UHGV virus genome: UHGV-0171543
Length of the DNA stretch: 19,658 nt
Origin: a virus
Direction: 5' to 3' (one strand)
Shown here: in pieces, positions 8,433 to 16,127 of the stretch
Layout: every line of letters starts with the position of its first letter
How positions within the stretch are numbered: position 1 is the stretch's first letter
Translations under genes and position numbers: made by a program
Notes under the pieces: generated by a model
Seen by the model: the letters and a program-made list of their open reading frames with translations, nothing else
What the model was told of the DNA's origin: nothing
Database searches by the model: none

Positions 8433-8870
8433 ATGATTAAAGAACGTATTTCTTATATCATTCCGATTGCGATGGATGAAGGCAACCCCGTAACTCCAGT
8501 TCTTATCTATGAAATGGATAAAGACTCCCATGAAGTGGATCTGTCATTTGGCGCTTTTTTTATCGGCCTTAAGGCTACAAAAAAATATTCCATAGGCATT
8601 GAGGTTTTCAATGCTCAAGAAATACCGATACCAATTGACACAAAACTGTACTCCAACCATAAGTTTTTTACGGTAGCAGAAGCCAACGATGGAGAAACCA
8701 TCGTATCAACTTCTATGAGAATTAACTTCCCAAGGGTGAAAATTATCAAGCCTGGGATATTCGAAGTTAGAGCATCACTGGTTAATCCTGAGAAAGGCGA
8801 AGTAATTGATGTAAAAAGTTCGTTTTTTGACGTGAAGATAACAGGATCAGTTCGCGATGAGTTTAGATAA
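8433..8870 (+). CDS. Hypothetical protein A of a two-gene cassette at the rexA position (unknown function)
   Basis: 145-aa ORF starting 7 nt after the cI stop, same strand. No TM segment and no motif I recognise. Confidence 0.7.
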   Translation: MIKERISYIIPIAMDEGNPVTPVLIYEMDKDSHEVDLSFGAFFIGLKATKKYSIGIEVFNAQEIPIPIDTKLYSNHKFFTVAEANDGETIVSTSMRINFPRVKIIKPGIFEVRASLVNPEKGEVIDVKSSFFDVKITGSVRDEFR

Positions 8871-9228
8871 CAAGGTTGCTCAGCTTCGTCCAAATCAAAA
8901 CATATCTCGCCCAATTGGACACTATTACACTGATGATGCATACTCACGGCATGGTGGAGGAAACGGCGGAGGTAACATGCTTGAGGCTAGAGTTGCAAAG
9001 CTAGAGTCTGATGTTGAATACATCAAGCGCGATCTCGCTGAGGTAAAGTCAGATATAAAATCTGTTGATTCTCGTCTGTCAGGTATTGAGACAAGCATTA
9101 GCTCAGCAAAAACCACCATTAAGGCATCTGCGGTCGTTGTCAGTTTCGTGTTCGCATTTTGCGCCTACATTTTTGGAAGTTATGTTTCCAAAATCCTTGA
9201 TGCCTTAAACGGACTCATTCTTAAGTAA
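8857..9228 (+). CDS. Hypothetical membrane protein B of the cassette: Gly-rich linker, amphipathic coiled coil, single C-terminal TM helix
   Basis: 123-aa ORF overlapping gene A by 14 nt. An alternative start at ATG 8977 is preceded by GGAGGT and would give 84 aa. Heptad-like segment LEARVAKLESDVEYIKRDLAEVKSDIKSV, then hydrophobic AVVVSFVFAFCAYIFGSYV near the C-terminus. Confidence 0.7.
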   Translation: MSLDNKVAQLRPNQNISRPIGHYYTDDAYSRHGGGNGGGNMLEARVAKLESDVEYIKRDLAEVKSDIKSVDSRLSGIETSISSAKTTIKASAVVVSFVFAFCAYIFGSYVSKILDALNGLILK

Positions 9229-9235
9229 CACACAA

Positions 9236-9261
9236 CCCGGCCTCAGTGCCGGGTTTTCTTT
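9236..9261 (+). terminator. Rho-independent terminator closing the cI-cassette operon
   Basis: CCCGGC-CTCAGT-GCCGGG stem-loop followed by TTTTCTTT, 8 nt after the gene B stop. Confidence 0.6.
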
Positions 9262-9413
9262 GCCTCTCGATCCCCCTTCCCAACAACACATAACCATTTG
9301 TATTTATTGGAAAACTAATAGATAAAACTTGCTAAACAGTGCAATTCTGATCCCTCACCTACCTAACAATTCACCCCCTGCAAAAAATAAATCCATATAA
9401 AAAACATACAGAT

Positions 9414-9476
9414 AACCATCTGCGGTGATAAATTATCTCTGGCGGTGTTGACATAAATACCACTAGCGGTGATACT
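9414..9476 (+). promoter_or_regulatory. oL3-oL2-oL1 operators and pL promoter
   Basis: AACCATCTGCGGTGATA (9414..9430), TATCTCTGGCGGTGTTG (9434..9450), TACCACTAGCGGTGATA (9458..9474). pL -35 TTGACA (9448..9453) and -10 GATACT (9471..9476) with 17-bp spacing. Near-identical to lambda pL as recalled. Confidence 0.85.
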
Positions 9477-9521
9477 AAACACATCAGCAGGACGCTGGAA
9501 GCCAAACGGAACAGATTGGCA

Positions 9522-9556
9522 TGCTCTTTAACTTCGATGGGGCGCTGACAAAGCGC
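9522..9556 (+). promoter_or_regulatory. nutL-like site: boxA and P22-type boxB
   Basis: TGCTCTTTAAC (boxA-like, 9522..9532) followed by GCGCTGACAAAGCGC (9542..9556, 4-bp stem with GACAA-containing loop), in the pL leader upstream of N. Confidence 0.65.
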
Positions 9557-9720
9557 AAACAGATACCAAACGAGATGGGTTTGGGATTTGATGAATGTGC
9601 AGGTCGATGCACTAACGCTTAGCGGTGAGCACCTGCCTTTGGGGCAGGATGGGTAGCCGCAATCAGGAGATCGACACCTGACATCAAATCACCAAAGCCA
9701 TTTCACATGAGGAAAACATC

Positions 9721-10029
9721 ATGACGGTAATCGTGTACGGAAAATCAACATTTGCAGGAAATGCCAAAACTCGCCGTCATGAGCGGCGCAGAAAGCTGGC
9801 TATCGAGCGTGATGCTATATGCAACATCATCGATTCGATCTTCGGTACAGACAGTGATGAACCTTTTCAGGAAAAACCGAGAAAGCGTTTAAATCTTTCT
9901 GAAAAAGCAATATCACTCAGCAACATTCGTAACCAAAATACCGATGAATGCAGTGGAAGTATTTGTCTTCCAAATGTAGCTCTTTACGCGGCAGGCTACA
10001 GGAAATCAAAACAACTGACGGCGAGATGA
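9721..10029 (+). CDS. N: N-family transcription antiterminator, P22 gene 24 type (arginine-rich motif)
   Basis: 102-aa ORF, first gene after pL, with GAGGA RBS. N-terminal GNAKTRRHERRRKLAIER is the P22 N arginine-rich boxB-binding peptide as recalled. Not lambda N. Confidence 0.85.
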   Translation: MTVIVYGKSTFAGNAKTRRHERRRKLAIERDAICNIIDSIFGTDSDEPFQEKPRKRLNLSEKAISLSNIRNQNTDECSGSICLPNVALYAAGYRKSKQLTAR

Positions 10030-10044
10030 TAAATCATTTGCTAA

Positions 10045-10626
10045 TTACTTGTTTTTGCCATGCTTATCCTGAGCGATAAGTTCATCCATAAGACTGTCTT
10101 TCTTCCCAGCAAACCTAATGTAGCACTCATTTCTATAGCGTTCCGGGATAACAAAACGGTCGATTTCAGGATATCCAGTAGCAGAAGGTATCCGAATAAG
10201 AAGCCCTTTTTCGAGCAATGAGATTGCTTCAGGGCTTCCCTTTTCTGTCTTTAGCTGGTTATTCGCGGCTACAGCGAATGCCAAATACGCTCTTTCTCCA
10301 AGAGTTAACGAATCAAACAAATCTTGCACATATTTTTCTTCTTTAGATTTGCGCTTCTGAGCAGCGGATACCTCAATTCTTTCAGTCACAGCGTGATAAG
10401 CGGAATTAACAACACCGTTAAGCACATAGCTAACGCAGAACAACAGGATGTAATACATCCAATAATGAGGAAGGATTTCTGGATTATGCAGGTTTATCCA
10501 TTCTTTTACGCTTACCGGCATAACAATAATCAATATGATCAGGATGATTAGCATATGAATCAACTGTTTAAGTGTCATTCCTTGCAGGAAAAAATGCATT
10601 AGTTCCTGCCACCATGAGTTGTTCAT
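10045..10626 (-). CDS. sieB: Superinfection exclusion protein B
   Basis: 193-aa ORF opposite in orientation to N, with an N-terminal hydrophobic segment (LIHMLIILIILIIVMPV). Matches lambda SieB as recalled. Confidence 0.8.
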   Translation of the reverse strand: MNNSWWQELMHFFLQGMTLKQLIHMLIILIILIIVMPVSVKEWINLHNPEILPHYWMYYILLFCVSYVLNGVVNSAYHAVTERIEVSAAQKRKSKEEKYVQDLFDSLTLGERAYLAFAVAANNQLKTEKGSPEAISLLEKGLLIRIPSATGYPEIDRFVIPERYRNECYIRFAGKKDSLMDELIAQDKHGKNK

Positions 10627-10769
10627 CGGCGTTTCTCTTTTGCTCGCTGTAGGGGTGAATAGAGTTTATCCGATTTCTCGCTGTAGGGGTACACGAGAAC
10701 CACCGAGCCTGATGTGGTTAAAAGACAGGCACAATCTTTACTACCGCAATCCACTATTTAAGGTGATAT

Positions 10770-10856
10770 ATGGAAGAAGAATTTGAAGAGTTCGAAGAGC
10801 ATCCTCAGGATGTGATGGAACAATACCAGGACTATCCTTATGACTACGACTATTGA
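10770..10856 (+). CDS. Small acidic ORF (28 aa) overlapping the ral start
   Basis: ATG at 10770 preceded by AAGGTGA. Hand translation MEEEFEEFEEHPQDVMEQYQDYPYDYDY. Its stop overlaps the first codons of ral, which has no obvious SD of its own. Confidence 0.3.
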   Translation: MEEEFEEFEEHPQDVMEQYQDYPYDYDY

Positions 10857-11040
10857 TAAAAATCAATGGTGTGGACAATTCAAGCGATGCAATGGATGCA
10901 AGCTGCAATCGGAATGCATGGTTAAGCCTGAAGAAATGTTTCCTGTAATGGAAGATGGGAAATATGTCGATAAATGGGCAATACGAACTACGGCAATGAT
11001 TGCCAGAGAACTTGGTAAACAGAACAACAAGGCTGCCTGA
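10840..11040 (+). CDS. ral: Restriction alleviation protein Ral
   Basis: 66-aa ORF MTTTIDKNQWCGQFKRCNGCKLQSECMVKPEEMF..., matching lambda Ral as recalled. Confidence 0.85.
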   Translation: MTTTIDKNQWCGQFKRCNGCKLQSECMVKPEEMFPVMEDGKYVDKWAIRTTAMIARELGKQNNKAA

Positions 11041-11100
11041 TGTGTGGCCTTTATTTTTTGGCCGTAAATAATTTCATGCTTATTACAATCAAGGGGATAT

Positions 11101-11550
11101 ATGGAAGAACAAGCAAACAAGATTCTCGTAGAACTACTGCAAAAAGCCAGCAATGGAATAGACACGGCTGTTTCATTCAGCCAGGCGCAGATTCCTGATG
11201 TTGTTCATCAGTTGCTGCTATGGAATATGGTTGACAGTCTGATTAAAACATTAATAGCCATTCTAACAATCCCACTGGTTTTCTGGTTTATGAAGAAGCA
11301 GTGCCGAAGAGTTGAGACAGGTAAAATCGGTGATGAAGGATATTCATGGGAGAAGGGAAATCCCAAATACAGGCCGACAATGGTTTGGGATAGCAAAGGT
11401 GATATTAATCTTCTTATCATGCCATTAGTTGGAGTTTTGGCTCTGTGGGGGATTTTTATTATTAGTGCAGTAACCAATATGACATGGTTAAAAATTTTGC
11501 TGGCTCCAAAGCTTTACCTTATCGAATATGCAGCATCATTGGTTAAGTAA
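11101..11550 (+). CDS. Hypothetical inner-membrane protein (two predicted TM helices)
   Basis: 149-aa ORF with AAGGGGA RBS. Hydrophobic segments LIKTLIAILTIPLVFWFM and INLLIMPLVGVLALWGIFIISAV. No lambda counterpart recalled at this position. Confidence 0.6.
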   Translation: MEEQANKILVELLQKASNGIDTAVSFSQAQIPDVVHQLLLWNMVDSLIKTLIAILTIPLVFWFMKKQCRRVETGKIGDEGYSWEKGNPKYRPTMVWDSKGDINLLIMPLVGVLALWGIFIISAVTNMTWLKILLAPKLYLIEYAASLVK

Positions 11551-11737
11551 TTTCAGGCCGCATAGTCGGCCTTTATTTTTGGCACTAACAACAGAATAAA
11601 CACTGCACTGTGTATTCATTCCAACGAGTGAATACACGGAGCAATGTCGCTCGTAACTAAACAGGAGCCGACTTGTTCTGATTATTGGAAATCTTCTTTG
11701 CCCTCCAGTGTGAGGGCAATTTTTTGACGGAGGATAT

Positions 11738-12706
11738 ATGAGTGAAGTAACAGATTTAGTTGTTATTGAAAAAGCAAATGCAATGACTGTATTTCAGTCT
11801 GCCGACCAGATTGAAGAAATCCTTCAAAAGGTTGAACGTGAAGTTATGTCCTTTGTGCCTGATATCACAACGGCAAAGGGCAGAAAGGAGATCGCTTCTC
11901 TGGCGTATAAAGTTGCGCAGACGAAAACATATCTCGATGGTCTTGGCAAAGACCTTGTTGCTGAACTGAAGGAAATTCCAAAGCTAATTGATGCCAACCG
12001 CAAGACAGTGCGCGATCGCCTTGATGAACTGAAAGCCAAGGCACGCCAGCCTCTTACTGATTATGAAGAGGAACAGGCGCGGATTAAAGCCGAAGAAGAA
12101 GCTAAGGCAGCAGCTGAAGCTCTCGCAAAGCAAATTGAGTCTGACCATGAAATAGCGATTTTGATGGATCGCGAATTTGACCGCCAAAGAGAAGAGGCAA
12201 GACTCAAAGCGGAGCAGGAAAAGCGAGAGCATGAAGAACGCTTAAAAAGAGAAGCTGAAGAGAAAGCCAGAGCAGAAGCCGAAGCAAAGGCAAAAGCCGA
12301 AATTGAAGCAGCAGCAAGGCGAGAAGCAGAAGCTAAGGCCGCAGCGGAACGTGCAGAGCGTGAACGCATTGAAGCCGAGCAACGAGCACAGCGCGAAGCA
12401 AAAGAGGCAGCAGAACGAGCTGAAAGAGAAAAGCAGGCGGCAATTGAAGCAGAACGCCGAAAAGCACAGGAGGAGGCTGAACGAATCCGGCGCGAGGCTG
12501 AAGCAAAAGAGCAAGCCAGAATAGCAGAAGAAAAAAGAATCAAGGACGAAGAAGAGCGTAGAGCAAAGGATAAAGCTCACCGGAAAGAAGTAAATAACAA
12601 AATACTTGCTGACCTTATCAAGGTTGGCGCATCAGAAGATGTTGCTAAAAATATCATAACAGCCATCGTAAAAGGCGAAGTATTCGCAACAAAAATAACC
12701 TACTAA
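11738..12706 (+). CDS. Hypothetical protein with a long K/E/A/R-rich low-complexity coiled-coil core between N- and C-terminal domains
   Basis: 322-aa ORF with GGAGG RBS. The central region of roughly 170 aa is an EAEAKAKAE/AERAERE-type charged repeat; the flanks are ordinary sequence. The repetitive DNA creates spurious ORFs on the opposite strand. Confidence 0.65.
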   Translation: MSEVTDLVVIEKANAMTVFQSADQIEEILQKVEREVMSFVPDITTAKGRKEIASLAYKVAQTKTYLDGLGKDLVAELKEIPKLIDANRKTVRDRLDELKAKARQPLTDYEEEQARIKAEEEAKAAAEALAKQIESDHEIAILMDREFDRQREEARLKAEQEKREHEERLKREAEEKARAEAEAKAKAEIEAAARREAEAKAAAERAERERIEAEQRAQREAKEAAERAEREKQAAIEAERRKAQEEAERIRREAEAKEQARIAEEKRIKDEEERRAKDKAHRKEVNNKILADLIKVGASEDVAKNIITAIVKGEVFATKITY

Positions 12707-12729
12707 TAAACCAACATAAGGAACCACCC

Positions 12730-12861
12730 ATGATTTACGCAATCGCGGGAGGCGCTCGCATGGGTGCCTTCCAACTAAATGAATCTTTACTTGAACGAAT
12801 CACCCGTAAATTACGTGACGGATGGAAAAGAGTTGAGGTCTTATTATGCGCAATGAAATAG
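12730..12861 (+). CDS. cIII: CIII-like protein (FtsH/HflB inhibitor), short allele
   Basis: 43-aa ORF, below the ORF-track cutoff, with AAGGA RBS. Contains ESLLERITRKLRDGWKR, the conserved central helix of lambda CIII as recalled. Confidence 0.75.
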   Translation: MIYAIAGGARMGAFQLNESLLERITRKLRDGWKRVEVLLCAMK

Positions 12862-12998
12862 CCATCAATCACCAGATGCTTCGTGCTGCACAGAACAAAG
12901 CAGTAATAGCCCGATTTATTGGTGATTCAAAAATGTGGCTTGAAGCAAATAAAGCGATGAAATCAGCTATCAACCTTCCGTGGTATCGCAGGAAATGA
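12846..12998 (+). CDS. kil: Kil-like protein (putative host cell-division inhibitor)
   Basis: 50-aa ORF overlapping the cIII end. The segment IARFIGDSKMWLEA resembles what I recall of lambda Kil (IATFIGDEKMFREA). Position after cIII fits. Confidence 0.5.
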   Translation: MRNEIAINHQMLRAAQNKAVIARFIGDSKMWLEANKAMKSAINLPWYRRK

Positions 12999-13165
12999 GT
13001 TTTACAGATAACTGGTCAGACGAAGAATTCATTCGTCAGATGAAAGAATTAATCGGTAACGAAGGAGATATTCATGTCACTTGCAACCACAGTGAAGGAG
13101 AGCAAGTTACAGAGACGCATGTACACGCAGCAGGCGTTAATGTATCGCCAGAAGGGAGATCGTGA
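12995..13165 (+). CDS. Small hypothetical protein
   Basis: ATG at 12995 overlaps the kil stop (ATGA), giving 56 aa (MSFTDNWSDEEFIRQMKELIGNEGDIHV...). The ORF track begins it at an upstream GTG (12980). Confidence 0.4.
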   Translation: MSFTDNWSDEEFIRQMKELIGNEGDIHVTCNHSEGEQVTETHVHAAGVNVSPEGRS

Positions 13166-13252
13166 AGGTGTTCGCGTATTTTTAAATGCGGCAAAGACTG
13201 AAGTATTAAATCAGCGTTATTTCCTTGGGCCGTGTCCATTCTGAGGTGAATT

Positions 13253-13960
13253 ATGGATTTGAATAAATTCGATGAGCCATTCAGCCCTGAAGATATCGAA
13301 TGGCGAATACAGCAAAGCGGTAAAACACGCGATGGCAAAGTGTGGGCTATGGTGCTGGCTTATGTCACGAACCGGGCAATCATGAAACGCCTGGACGATG
13401 TTTGCGGCAAAGCAGGATGGCGCAATGAATACCGCGATATTCCCAACAACGGCGGCGTTGAATGCGGCATATCAATCAGGATTGATTCCGAATGGGTAAC
13501 CAAATGGGATGCTGCTGAAAACACGCAGGTAGAAGCCGTCAAAGGTGGTCGTTCCGGTGCAATGAAGCGCGCTGCCGTTCAGTGGGGAATCGGTCGGTAT
13601 CTGTATAACCTTGAGGAAGGTTTCGCACAAACATCTCTCGATAAAAAGCAGGGATGGCACAGGGCAAAACTCAAGGATGGAACAGGATTTTACTGGCTCC
13701 CTCCATCGCTGCCGGGATGGGCAATCCCAACATCAGATAACAAACCATCACCAGAAAATACCAACCAGAAATCTCCATCGGTTGACTGCGAACAAATCCT
13801 GAAAGACTTCAGCGATTATGCGTCAACAGAAACTGACAAGAAAAAACTCATCGAGCGTTATCAGCGTGACTGGCAATTAATGGCTGGTAACGAGGAGGCG
13901 CAGGCTAAATGCGTTCAGGTAATGAACATCAGAGTTAACGAACTAAAACAGGCGGCATAA
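13253..13960 (+). CDS. Rad52-family single-strand annealing protein (Sak-like core) with Erf-like C-terminal tail
   Basis: 235-aa ORF with GAGGTGA RBS. Rad52/Sak-type motif GGVECGISIRIDSEW...AVKGGRSGAMKRAAVQWGIGRYLYNLEE. The C-terminal segment ETDKKKLIERYQRDWQL...CVQVMNIRVNELKQAA resembles the P22 Erf C-terminus as recalled. Confidence 0.8.
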   Translation: MDLNKFDEPFSPEDIEWRIQQSGKTRDGKVWAMVLAYVTNRAIMKRLDDVCGKAGWRNEYRDIPNNGGVECGISIRIDSEWVTKWDAAENTQVEAVKGGRSGAMKRAAVQWGIGRYLYNLEEGFAQTSLDKKQGWHRAKLKDGTGFYWLPPSLPGWAIPTSDNKPSPENTNQKSPSVDCEQILKDFSDYASTETDKKKLIERYQRDWQLMAGNEEAQAKCVQVMNIRVNELKQAA

Positions 13961-14434
13961 ATGGGAAGTAGAGGCGTAAATAAGGTGATCATTATTGGTC
14001 GCCTTGGGCATGATCCAGAAATCAGATATTCACCATCAGGAACGGCATTTGCAAACCTTACAGTTGCTACGTCAGAACAATGGCGTGATAAGCAAACTGG
14101 AGAGCAAAAGGAGCAGACGGAGTGGCACCGCGTGGTAATGAGCGGGAAACTGGCAGAAATTGCCAGCGAATATCTGCGAAAAGGCTCTGAGGTTTATCTT
14201 GAAGGCAAATTGCGGACAAGAAAATGGCAGGATCAAAGCGGACAGGATCGGTTCACTACCGAAGTTATCGTGGGCGTTGGTGGAACCATGCAAATGCTTG
14301 GTGGCAAGCAAGGAGGAAATGAACAGTCTTCACCTCAGCGAAATAACGGTCAGCAACAAAGACAGCAACCTCAGCAGCAAGGGAATCACAGCGAACCACC
14401 TATGAACTTCGACGATTCGGATATTCCGTTCTAG
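13961..14434 (+). CDS. ssb: Single-stranded DNA-binding protein
   Basis: 157-aa ORF starting at the ATG immediately after the annealing-protein stop. OB-fold-like N-terminal region, Gly/Gln-rich linker, acidic C-terminal tail DDSDIPF. Confidence 0.9.
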   Translation: MGSRGVNKVIIIGRLGHDPEIRYSPSGTAFANLTVATSEQWRDKQTGEQKEQTEWHRVVMSGKLAEIASEYLRKGSEVYLEGKLRTRKWQDQSGQDRFTTEVIVGVGGTMQMLGGKQGGNEQSSPQRNNGQQQRQQPQQQGNHSEPPMNFDDSDIPF

Positions 14435-14443
14435 GAGCTGAAT

Positions 14444-14923
14444 ATGAAAATCTGCTCAAGATGCCATCAACAGAAGGAAGAAAGGGACTTTCAAATCAGA
14501 AGAGCATCCAGAGATGGATTAACTGCCGCTTGCCGGGCTTGCCTGGCTGAATACGACAAAGAGCGCGCGGGATTGCCACATCGAGTATCAGCAAGGAGAG
14601 AATATCAATCATCGGAACGCGGCAGAGAACGGTGTAACGCAGCCAAAAAGCGGTTCATTCAGAGCAACCCATGGAAAAGAAAAGCCCACATCATCGTGGG
14701 TAATTTTTTGCGCGACGGTAAGCTAATCCGACCACCACAATGTGAGTGCTGCGGATCAGAATGTAAACCACAGGCGCACCACTGCGACTACAGCAAACCA
14801 ACCGATGTGATGTGGCTCTGCAAGTCATGTCATGTCGAGTGGCACAAACATAACAAACCTATCTACCCAGACGAGGAGCCAGTAACTCTCCCCTTCCCTC
14901 GTCACGCTATTCACGCAATTTAA
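14444..14923 (+). CDS. Putative HNH endonuclease with N-terminal zinc ribbon
   Basis: 159-aa ORF. N-terminal CSRCH...CRAC and C-terminal CECCGSEC...AHHCDYSKPTDVMWLCKSCHVEWH fit an HNH (His-Asn-His) nuclease motif with Cys ligands. Confidence 0.6.
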   Translation: MKICSRCHQQKEERDFQIRRASRDGLTAACRACLAEYDKERAGLPHRVSARREYQSSERGRERCNAAKKRFIQSNPWKRKAHIIVGNFLRDGKLIRPPQCECCGSECKPQAHHCDYSKPTDVMWLCKSCHVEWHKHNKPIYPDEEPVTLPFPRHAIHAI

Positions 14924-14936
14924 TCAGGAGAAAATC

Positions 14937-15230
14937 ATGCCAGCGCCTCTGTATGGTGCGGACGACGCGCGCCGCTGTTCCGGCAATTCCGTATCGGAGG
15001 TGCTGGATAAATTCAGAAAAAACTACGATCGGATAATGTCGCTACCGCAGGAAACGAAAGAGGAAAAGGAATTTCGCCACTGTATATGGCTTGCAGAGAA
15101 AGAAGAACGCGAGCGAATTTACCAGACATCAATCCGACCATTCCGCAAAGCCACATATACCCACTTCCCTGAAATTGACCCGCGCCTGCGTAATTACCGC
15201 TCACGCTATGGTGCTATCAGTAATGACTGA
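14937..15230 (+). CDS. Hypothetical protein
   Basis: 97-aa ORF with GGAGAAAA upstream, in the same operon. No recognised motif. Confidence 0.5.
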   Translation: MPAPLYGADDARRCSGNSVSEVLDKFRKNYDRIMSLPQETKEEKEFRHCIWLAEKEERERIYQTSIRPFRKATYTHFPEIDPRLRNYRSRYGAISND

Positions 15231-15403
15231 GGAATTTACCATGAGAGGACTTGCATACAATCCCGGCATTCTTCCGGCAGAAATGATTATTCGCCAACGC
15301 GTAAAGCCAATGCCATCGAGAGAGGAATTGCTTAAGAGAAATTCTTTTCCATCAGTGAATCAAACAAATATCTGAATACGATGTGGCGCAAAGGAGGCAA
15401 CCA

Positions 15404-15964
15404 GTGAGTGTAACGGTTGAAAAGATTGATGTGTTGTCATTCGTTATAACCGGTGCAGAGAGACTAGATCCGGTTCGAGTGATGATTGAAAACTACGAAC
15501 CTGGAAAGGGAAGAATCACCATCACCTGCTACGGAAAAGCGTGGACTGCGGCTTGGTTTGCTATGGGCGGTGATGATGTGCAGACGTTCATTAAGCGAGT
15601 CAGCAACGATTATCTAATCGACAATTTCGACCCTCAACTGCTAAGCACGGTCGACGATGACAACGATGCAAATCTGCTTTTCGTGAAGTCAGAAATCATA
15701 AAGTTACGAAGAGAGAGAGAAATAGACGTCGTACTGGCTCGCGAAATGTGGGACGAGGCGGAAAACGCCGATGACGTAAAAGAAAGCTGCTGCTGTTTCG
15801 GCGTCGGTAACAAACTACTGAATCTCTTTGGTGATGATCCGTGGTATGCCAACTGGCCAACGATACCAAACCCGAAATACCAGTATCTGGAACGCGTACT
15901 TAATGCAGTGAGAGACGGTCTTAAGCAAATAGATGCAGGAGAGCAAAGCGATGAAAAACCGTAA
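15404..15964 (+). CDS. Hypothetical protein
   Basis: Start taken as GTG 15404, preceded by AAGGAGG at 15391..15397 (the ORF track uses an upstream GTG at 15383). About 186 aa, acidic. No recognised motif. Confidence 0.55.
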   Translation: MSVTVEKIDVLSFVITGAERLDPVRVMIENYEPGKGRITITCYGKAWTAAWFAMGGDDVQTFIKRVSNDYLIDNFDPQLLSTVDDDNDANLLFVKSEIIKLRREREIDVVLAREMWDEAENADDVKESCCCFGVGNKLLNLFGDDPWYANWPTIPNPKYQYLERVLNAVRDGLKQIDAGEQSDEKP

Positions 15965-16127
15965 GGCAAAACGACTTTTTTTACAGCGACCTGTGCGTGT
16001 GGTGGAGCTGGTTATTAGCAACCATAAGATAGCGGTACTCCATCCATTTGGTCAGGTGGCTTTTGCCGCAAAGCGTAAGCCTACTGCGTCACAGAACAGG
16101 CGGAAGAAAGGGTACGCTGTAAGATGA
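15951..16127 (+). CDS. Small basic protein, paralog 1 (MKNRKAK... family)
   Basis: ATG at 15951 preceded by AGGAGA, giving 58 aa (MKNRKAKRLFLQRPVRVVELVISNHKIAV...). Its stop overlaps the start of the next paralog. Confidence 0.4.
   Translation: MKNRKAKRLFLQRPVRVVELVISNHKIAVLHPFGQVAFAAKRKPTASQNRRKKGYAVR

Noticed and set aside
11824-12580. Several long minus-strand ORFs (11824..12039, 11984..12232, 12061..12543, 12242..12580) and one plus-strand alternate-frame ORF (12303..12524) overlapping the 322-aa gene
   Set aside because: They arise from the low-complexity GAA/GCA-rich repeat DNA that encodes the coiled-coil core. Their translations are homopolymer-like (Ser/Ala/Phe/Cys-rich) with no start context, and they run against the operon direction.
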